Part shown: piece by piece, positions 58,956 through 64,000 of the stretch
How positions within the stretch are numbered: the first letter of the stretch is position 1
Layout: the number at the start of each line of letters is the position of its first letter
From: an uncultured Chloroflexia bacterium
Lineage (GTDB): Bacteria; Chloroflexota; Dehalococcoidia; GIF9; UBA5629
Direction of reading: 5' to 3'
Length of the DNA stretch: 64,000 nucleotides
Assembly: GCA_963842805.1 (NCBI GenBank)
Contig: CAWJIA010000013.1
Span: forward strand, 123-64,122
The notes under the pieces: generated by a model
Database searches by the model: none
The model's input: only the letters and a program-made list of their open reading frames with translations
What the model was told of the DNA's origin: nothing
Translations under genes and position numbers: made by a program

Positions 58956-59847
58956 CACGTTGAGTGTCCCAAACCGTCATTTTACGTTCAATTTAGTACT
59001 TTTGTGTTAATTGCCTAAAATCCTCTTTTGTATGTAGAATACCTTCTTATAACAACTGATTTCGTTTGGTCCATTAGCAAATTATTAGCAAAAATTTTAA
59101 CTTTATCCTGTATCTAATGCTGGAGGCACTATAAAGAACAAGTTATAATAGCGCATATGAACTGCAGTGAGCGGTTTCCTAATTCTATGCGAGGCCTGCC
59201 CGGCTATACCATTAGATATAAATCAGAGCCCTTGTGCTAATTTACAAAACTCGTTCTGTATTTACCAAACTTTTCGCTGGCGACCAATACCTATCCATTT
59301 AACGCCAAATAACCGAACCTGTATTACATTTATGCATGAACATATTATCGGTCCGGTTTCGGGGACTTGATGCACAATTATAAACATCCAGATAAACAAT
59401 ACTTTTCGGTGTGTAATTTCCGTGGAAAAAACAGGAGTTATATACCTAAATTTACATTGAAGAATTAGCTATAAATGCGCTAGGTAAATGGCGAACAAAA
59501 GCAGCGTAATATAAATTACAAATATTTGGGTAAAATTTAACTCTTAACTGTCGACCTGATATAAGCCTTTATCTGTGCGGGCGATATCCTGGGCCAGTAT
59601 TCGAAGGTGGTGGTCTTGGCGGCTCGGTGTGGCCTCCTCGGGAATCTTCCTCCCCGTGTGGAGGTATGGCAATGGCGGCGGTAGACCCAATAGATGCGCT
59701 TTCTTTATTGGACTTTCCCGTTGGGAAAGTACCTTCAGCCTTTCAGACCAGACTCTTGCAACTTCTGCCAGATTGTTGGCATATGTTTAGCGGAAGAGAC
59801 GAGGGGAAAAATCCTGTCTTCTCTAGACCTGTAGAATATTATCTATA

Positions 59848-59923
59848 TGCCAGGTCCACGGAGTCCACTGCATGTCGGTCGGGGCTGGGAGCGGCGATCG
59901 GGATGGTCGCGCACGGGCGGGGG
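59848..59923 (+). repeat. G-run-rich repeat, copy A (TGCCAGGTCCACGGAGTCCACTGCATGT...GGGCGGGGG)
   Basis: It shares an almost identical ~30-nt core and a similar GGG-run tail with copy B at 61437-61513, in the same orientation. Confidence 0.8.
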
Positions 59924-59991
59924 TCAGCTTCCGAAGAAGGAAACGTATCCTATGATGTCAAGCATTTCTTTGCTTCGGACGGCAGCGGCCT

Positions 59992-60312
59992 CTAGTAGTC
60001 GATGTTCTTAATCCGTGGGGCGTATTTTTTATTGCCCTCAAGATTGCCTGCAATTTTGCAAAATGCCCGTAGCCACCAGTCTGATGCCGGTGGCGCAACT
60101 ACGTATAGCAACTGCCACAGCATGTCAATAAAGGCCACACAAGCGGATGTGGAAGCCGGATCATTGTGCGTCACCATTGCCGCGATGGCAGCATTCGCAT
60201 AAAGCCCGTAGCCCCCTCGCCACAAATGCGGCAGGAGAACTGGTGCGATGCGCATGATGGTCCCATTACCAGATGATGGTACACCGGCAAGGTACCAGGG
60301 CAAGCGAAGCAA
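59992..60312 (-). pseudogene. Internal fragment of an ADP-ribosylglycohydrolase-family gene
   Basis: ...SSGNGTIMRIAPVLLP...AAMVTHNDPAST... matches the family core. There is an in-frame stop just upstream, and the ORF ends about 130 aa too early. Confidence 0.55.
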
Positions 60313-60379
60313 CAGATTGCCGCCGGGCTAAGTCCACCGGCAAACACCGGAAAATTGGAATTTGCCAGGAGTTTTGAAT

Positions 60380-61183
60380 CTATTTTCCCCTGTAATGGGG
60401 TTCGCGCTTTTCACGGAAGGCCTTTAAACCTTCCTGGACATCTTCTGTCTGCAAGGCCACAGCCTGCATGTACGCTTCGACTCCCATTTGTGTGACCACG
60501 GAATTGGTTGTGAGCCCGGTGTAGGCCATGCGCTTGGCCATCTCGATAGCCAGTGAGGGCCCTTTCGCCAGCCGGTCCGCGAGTTCACGCGCCGTCGGCA
60601 TCAACTTGTTATGGGGAACCACGCGGTTTACCAGGCCGATGCGCTCAGCCTCAGTTGCGTCTATAATGTCGCCGGTCATCATTAATTCAAGTGCCCTGCT
60701 GATGCCGATCAGCCTTGGAAGGTTAAAGGAAAGGCCCATATCAGGCACCAGGCCACGCTTGACAAAGATGGAGGAGAAGATGGCCTTCTCCGAGGCGATG
60801 CGGATGTCCGCAGCGAGCGCATAAGAAAGGCCTGCCCCTAAGGCCGGCCCGTTGATGGCCGCTATGACCGGTTTGGTGAACAGGTCAAGCTGCCGGACCA
60901 CCCAGCCCATGCCGACGAACGGGTTGATCTTTTCTGCGCGGCTTATCTTCTGGTTAAGATCCGTGGCACGCGACTCATCAGACAGGTCGGCACCTGAACA
61001 AAAGGCGCGCCCTGCACCGGTCAGGATCAGTACTTTGACCCCGTCGTCCTCGTTGAGGTCCTTGATCGCATTGGCTGCTTCATCGCATATCTTTGCGTTT
61101 AGGGCATTAAGTTTTTCAGGCCTGTTGAAGGTGAGAGTGGCAACATGGCCTTTGATCTCGACTTTTATGGTCTCGTATGGCAA
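60380..61183 (-). CDS. Enoyl-CoA hydratase/isomerase (crotonase) family protein
   Basis: The sequence shows TLTFNRPEKLNALN, LTGAGRAFCSGADL and AAINGPALGAGL. The TTG start has GGAGG 5 nt upstream. Confidence 0.9.
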   Translation of the reverse strand: MPYETIKVEIKGHVATLTFNRPEKLNALNAKICDEAANAIKDLNEDDGVKVLILTGAGRAFCSGADLSDESRATDLNQKISRAEKINPFVGMGWVVRQLDLFTKPVIAAINGPALGAGLSYALAADIRIASEKAIFSSIFVKRGLVPDMGLSFNLPRLIGISRALELMMTGDIIDATEAERIGLVNRVVPHNKLMPTARELADRLAKGPSLAIEMAKRMAYTGLTTNSVVTQMGVEAYMQAVALQTEDVQEGLKAFREKREPHYRGK

Positions 61184-61230
61184 CAGGACCTCCGGGGAAA
61201 GTCATTTTGAAATGCGTGCATATTATAGCA

Positions 61231-61404
61231 TTAGAAATACAAAAATTCTTCTGACTCATAGCAGACCTGCGGCATAAAGTCCACCACTGCCATTTGAGTT
61301 AAGACCAAGTCGGATTTCATGGATGTGTATACCAGGCGCTTTATCATTTCTACCGACTGTGAAGGGCCGTCGGCAAGTTCGAGAGCAATTTGCCAAGGGG
61401 TTTT
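61231..61404 (-). pseudogene. C-terminal fragment (~55 aa) of a second crotonase paralogue
   Basis: ...IALELADGPSQSVEMIKRLVYTSMKSDLVLTQMAVVDFM... parallels ...ARELADRLAKGPSLAIEMAKRMAYTGLTTNSVVTQMGVEAYM... of the intact neighbour. Everything upstream is replaced by repeat copy B. Confidence 0.6.
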
Positions 61405-61436
61405 ATATCTCGTTACATGCCAGCAACACAATATTT

Positions 61437-61513
61437 GCCAGGTCCAACGAGTCCACTGCATGTAAGGTCGGGGTCCGGGCGGGATTAGGGCGTTGGTCGG
61501 GCCCCGGGCGGGT
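61437..61513 (+). repeat. G-run-rich repeat, copy B
   Basis: TGCCAGGTCCAACGAGTCCACTGCATGTAAGGTCGGGGTCCGGGCGGGATTAGGGCGTTGGTCGGGCCCCGGGCGGGTG; see copy A. Confidence 0.8.
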
Positions 61514-61763
61514 GTTAGCCCCACCCATCCCCCCCATTTCTCCATCTAGTGCAGCATTAGCAGCAGTAGAGGCAACTAAGAAGATGGTTTGCGTGGTTAG
61601 CTTGAGAAGGTACTGAACTTCCGGGGGGCGCTGGGCAGGCGAGTGGCGCTGAACCCTTCCCCAGGTAAGACGCAGCAGGCCTGCCCGCATCCTTTATAGC
61701 ATAATATGGACTAGTCGGTAAATAGGCAGATTGTCCGGCTGGCTGCCTTAGTTCTTTTCAAAG

Positions 61764-62266
61764 TCAGGACAGTGCCGGAACAGTGCATAAATGGCCCCTA
61801 AGAGCTTGATATAAGCCCTTAATCTGTCTGGGTGCTGTCTTTACCCATGGCTGACCGTGCTTAAGGCAGTTTGACCTGATTGGTCCAGACAGGGGACACG
61901 CCCATAAATCCCAGGCATAAAGCAGGTTATGGAAATCCTGCACATTGAGGCTTTTATATATCTCCCATCGCTTCTTGTCGGGCAGCGAGGCAATCAATTG
62001 CACTAATGAACTTGTCCTTGGGCGCTGTCATTTAGCGTATGCTCCTGATTTATCGGTCCGTCAGCGGGGCCGCTTAGTTCGTGTTTTTCGGACTGGCCCA
62101 GGCATTGCTTATCGAGCCATATCAGAATAGGTACATCGCCCTCCTGGGCTTTCTTAACCTGCATCCGTCTTAGGCTGATTATGTCGTCAACGAACAAACT
62201 TTTTAAAGACTGCCGAAAAACCCTCCCCATATTTCTTCCTTTGCAGCGTTGAAACATGGCATTCAA
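61764..62266 (-). mobile_element. Prophage remnant: terminase small-subunit-like fragment followed by a terminase large-subunit N-terminal-like fragment
   Basis: ORF 62003..62266 contains ...KKAQEGDVPILIWLDKQCLGQSEKHE, which is TerS-like. ORF 61764..62003 contains ...LLYAWDLWA..., resembling the conserved W..WAR..Q start of GTA/phage TerL, but there is no ATPase domain. This is based on motif recollection only. Confidence 0.35.
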
Positions 62267-62267
62267 C

Positions 62268-62567
62268 TCAAAATAATTCCCTTAGAGCCCGAGAAGCTGT
62301 GTAAACGCTGCCCACTCCACTGATGTATTGGGCTACTCTCAATGCTTCTGCAATTTCCTCTTTTGTGGCGCCGGCGTGCATTGCTGCCTGAGCCAACGAT
62401 TTGACGCCATCGACGGCACCGTGTGCTGCATCTAGAGCTAGCGCAATTAAAAGTTTGAACTTCTTGGGTAAAGCTCCATCACTAAGGGCAAGTTGTCTTA
62501 TGTCTTCAACCAGACTTAGAAGCTTGGGGTCGAGTTTCTCCATCGTCTTCAACGGATGTTCTTGCAT
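62268..62567 (-). CDS. Carboxymuconolactone decarboxylase (AhpD-like) family protein
   Basis: It is 99 aa, with LPKKFKLLIALALDAAHGAVDGV...GATKEEIAEALRVA. Confidence 0.8.
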   Translation of the reverse strand: MQEHPLKTMEKLDPKLLSLVEDIRQLALSDGALPKKFKLLIALALDAAHGAVDGVKSLAQAAMHAGATKEEIAEALRVAQYISGVGSVYTASRALRELF

Positions 62568-62731
62568 TGAATTACCTCCTCTGTCAGTAATTATTCAACT
62601 ACTAGGCGGCTCCCTCGCTATCGTGGTTTGTATGTCCTTAATGGAAGGGCACCGCCTTAAAAGCTACAATCAATTAAGATTATTGCAGAACACTCGAAGG
62701 AGAGGGTCAGGGTGAGGGTGATTAAGAGTGT

Positions 62732-64000
62732 TTACGGCACCATGCGGGTTGCCCGCTCGATGAAAGCATCCTGAAGTTTCTTGAAGGGTGAACGTACCAC
62801 CATGGCTGCCAGCCACACCATAAAGGCCATGCCGGCGTTCAGCGGGAAAACGTTGTTCATAATGGCTTCACCCTGTGCGAATCCCTTCTTCGCCCCGCCG
62901 GCGATGATCTTCTCCTGAGATTTAAGCAGCTTTTCTCTAACGCTCTTTATATCCACCCCCTCCAGTTCGCCATTCTTTTTCAATACGCGACCCCTTATCA
63001 TCACCGTATCAATATTGCCTACGTTGGCAGCCATAACGATCGAGTTCACGGGGTCGTTCACAGGGAACATATTTATATCATCCGTTCTCAACATGATCAG
63101 GTCTGCTTCCTTGCCCGGGGTCAGGCTGCCGGTCTTTTTATCCAGCCCTATCGCTTCGGCACCCTTGATAGTGGCTATCTCAAGCAACTGCAAGGTGGTG
63201 GGGGTAATCACCTTCGGCATCCTTCCGGCCTTATATAAAGCGTCGTTCTGCAGCGCCCGTTGGACGCCCATGTTCAAACGTATCTGCGTAAACATGTCGG
63301 CACTCTGGTTGGAGACAATATCTATACCTATGCCCGTGCGCCCGCCGAAGGAAAGCAACCTCCAGGTGACCGGGTAACCCATTCCCATCTGCAACTCCGT
63401 TTCCGGCGTATTGATTACGGCCGCGCCGTATTTGGCGCAAAGCTTCAGCTCATGGTCGGTCAGGCTCCAGCCGTGTATAAAAAGTATATCTTCGCCCATC
63501 AGCCCGGCCCGGTCCAGCCTCTCGATATACCGGGTCCACTTGTTCTGCGCTCCCATGCCAACGTGAGCGCTAATCCGCTTGGCGCCGATCTCCCTGGCGA
63601 ATCCCAACTCTCTCCGCGAGAGCTCCATAGGGAAGAAGTCGGCCTCGGTCAGCGCTATGCCCATCTGCACATGGCCCTCTGCTGAATTGAAATATTTTGC
63701 CTTAATGCGCCTGGCGTCGTCATAATGCCACTGCGGGCTCATCAGGACTGCCGGTGTCAGCCTCTCCTCCGGCTTTGCGTTGCCGTACATACCATAGCAT
63801 AAGATGCCCCGCATGCCGGACTCCGTGAAGGCCCGCACGACCTCGTCCGCATGGTCGGGTGTATTCATGATGTGAGAGTGGTCGACTATGGTTGTCACAC
63901 CAGCGTTCAACGCCTCAAGGAAACCAGCATAGGTGCCGATATAAGCATCTTCCGGATCATAGAAGGAGCTATACACGCTCCTGATCCTCGCAGAATAATC
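62732..64000 (-). CDS. Amidohydrolase-superfamily (aminohydrolase/deaminase-like) protein, 5'-partial (it runs off the window)
   Basis: The sequence shows GVTTIVDHSH, SAHVGMG, IHGWSLTDHE, INTPETELQMGMG and DLIMLR. The frame is open to base 64000. Confidence 0.8.
   Translation of the reverse strand, partial: DYSARIRSVYSSFYDPEDAYIGTYAGFLEALNAGVTTIVDHSHIMNTPDHADEVVRAFTESGMRGILCYGMYGNAKPEERLTPAVLMSPQWHYDDARRIKAKYFNSAEGHVQMGIALTEADFFPMELSRRELGFAREIGAKRISAHVGMGAQNKWTRYIERLDRAGLMGEDILFIHGWSLTDHELKLCAKYGAAVINTPETELQMGMGYPVTWRLLSFGGRTGIGIDIVSNQSADMFTQIRLNMGVQRALQNDALYKAGRMPKVITPTTLQLLEIATIKGAEAIGLDKKTGSLTPGKEADLIMLRTDDINMFPVNDPVNSIVMAANVGNIDTVMIRGRVLKKNGELEGVDIKSVREKLLKSQEKIIAGGAKKGFAQGEAIMNNVFPLNAGMAFMVWLAAMVVRSPFKKLQDAFIERATRMVP

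Noticed and set aside
58914-59000. An intron-containing or split tRNA-Arg instead of a truncated one
   Set aside because: No 3' exon (T-arm GGTTCGAATCC-like plus the CAGGCGC acceptor strand) occurs anywhere downstream in the window. The one CAGGCGC match, at 61333-61339, lies inside the crotonase fragment and has no T-arm beside it. The sequence after the break has no recognisable group I intron features that I could identify.
59848-61513. Diversity-generating retroelement (TR/VR pair) as the explanation for the two G-rich repeats
   Set aside because: The differences between the copies are not adenine-specific and include indels. No reverse transcriptase gene is nearby, and neither copy sits at the 3' end of an intact target gene.

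Overview
This is a 64-kb chromosomal window from what looks like a strictly anaerobic bacterium. The gene content suggests Chloroflexota/Dehalococcoidia or a similar lineage, but I cannot establish taxonomy from the sequence alone. I can support about 55 protein genes, one intact tRNA-His and one truncated tRNA-Arg. I saw no rRNA and no CRISPR array. Five things stand out. (1) At 1-10457, split archaeal-type glutamate synthase domain genes run without real gaps into hdrC-hdrB-hdrA-mvhD-metV. The 1492-aa HdrA is a tandem HdrA carrying an embedded GltD/NfnB-type NAD(P)H module, and no metF follows. (2) At 20674-28738 there is a second hdr-like cluster that looks lower in GC by eye. It is bracketed by sulfur-relay genes in the order DsrE-like, ArsR, TusA, a cysteine-poor MvhD-like gene, HdrA::NfnB-like, a second HdrA, a small winged-helix protein, HdrC-like, a one-CCG-domain HdrB-like gene, and DsrE. 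A TauE/DUF1634 exporter pair lies nearby. This is my best candidate for an undescribed system: an NAD(P)-linked, Hdr-type persulfide/sulfane-sulfur oxidoreductase. (3) The pseudogene load is unusual. Five otherwise clear genes (gltB FMN domain, metV, menA, chrA, paaK-like) each need a +1 frame correction. There are also several truncated relics: an Mrp-like ATPase, a response regulator, HicB, an ADP-ribosylglycohydrolase, a crotonase, terminase pieces and half a tRNA-Arg. (4) An AT-rich single-gene insertion at 37670-38644 encodes a putative PD-(D/E)xK plus B3-like DNA-binding protein. (5) A decayed integrative-element or prophage scar at about 58.9-62.3 kb starts at the broken tRNA-Arg and contains G-run-rich direct repeats flanking an intact enoyl-CoA hydratase. 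The remainder is housekeeping: menaquinone genes, a class-I aldolase/pyk/pfkB operon, coaX-coaBC, valS, polX, secA, prs, nth, nnr, lgt and yhhQ. All functional calls come from reading motifs in the ORF-track translations. No database search was run.
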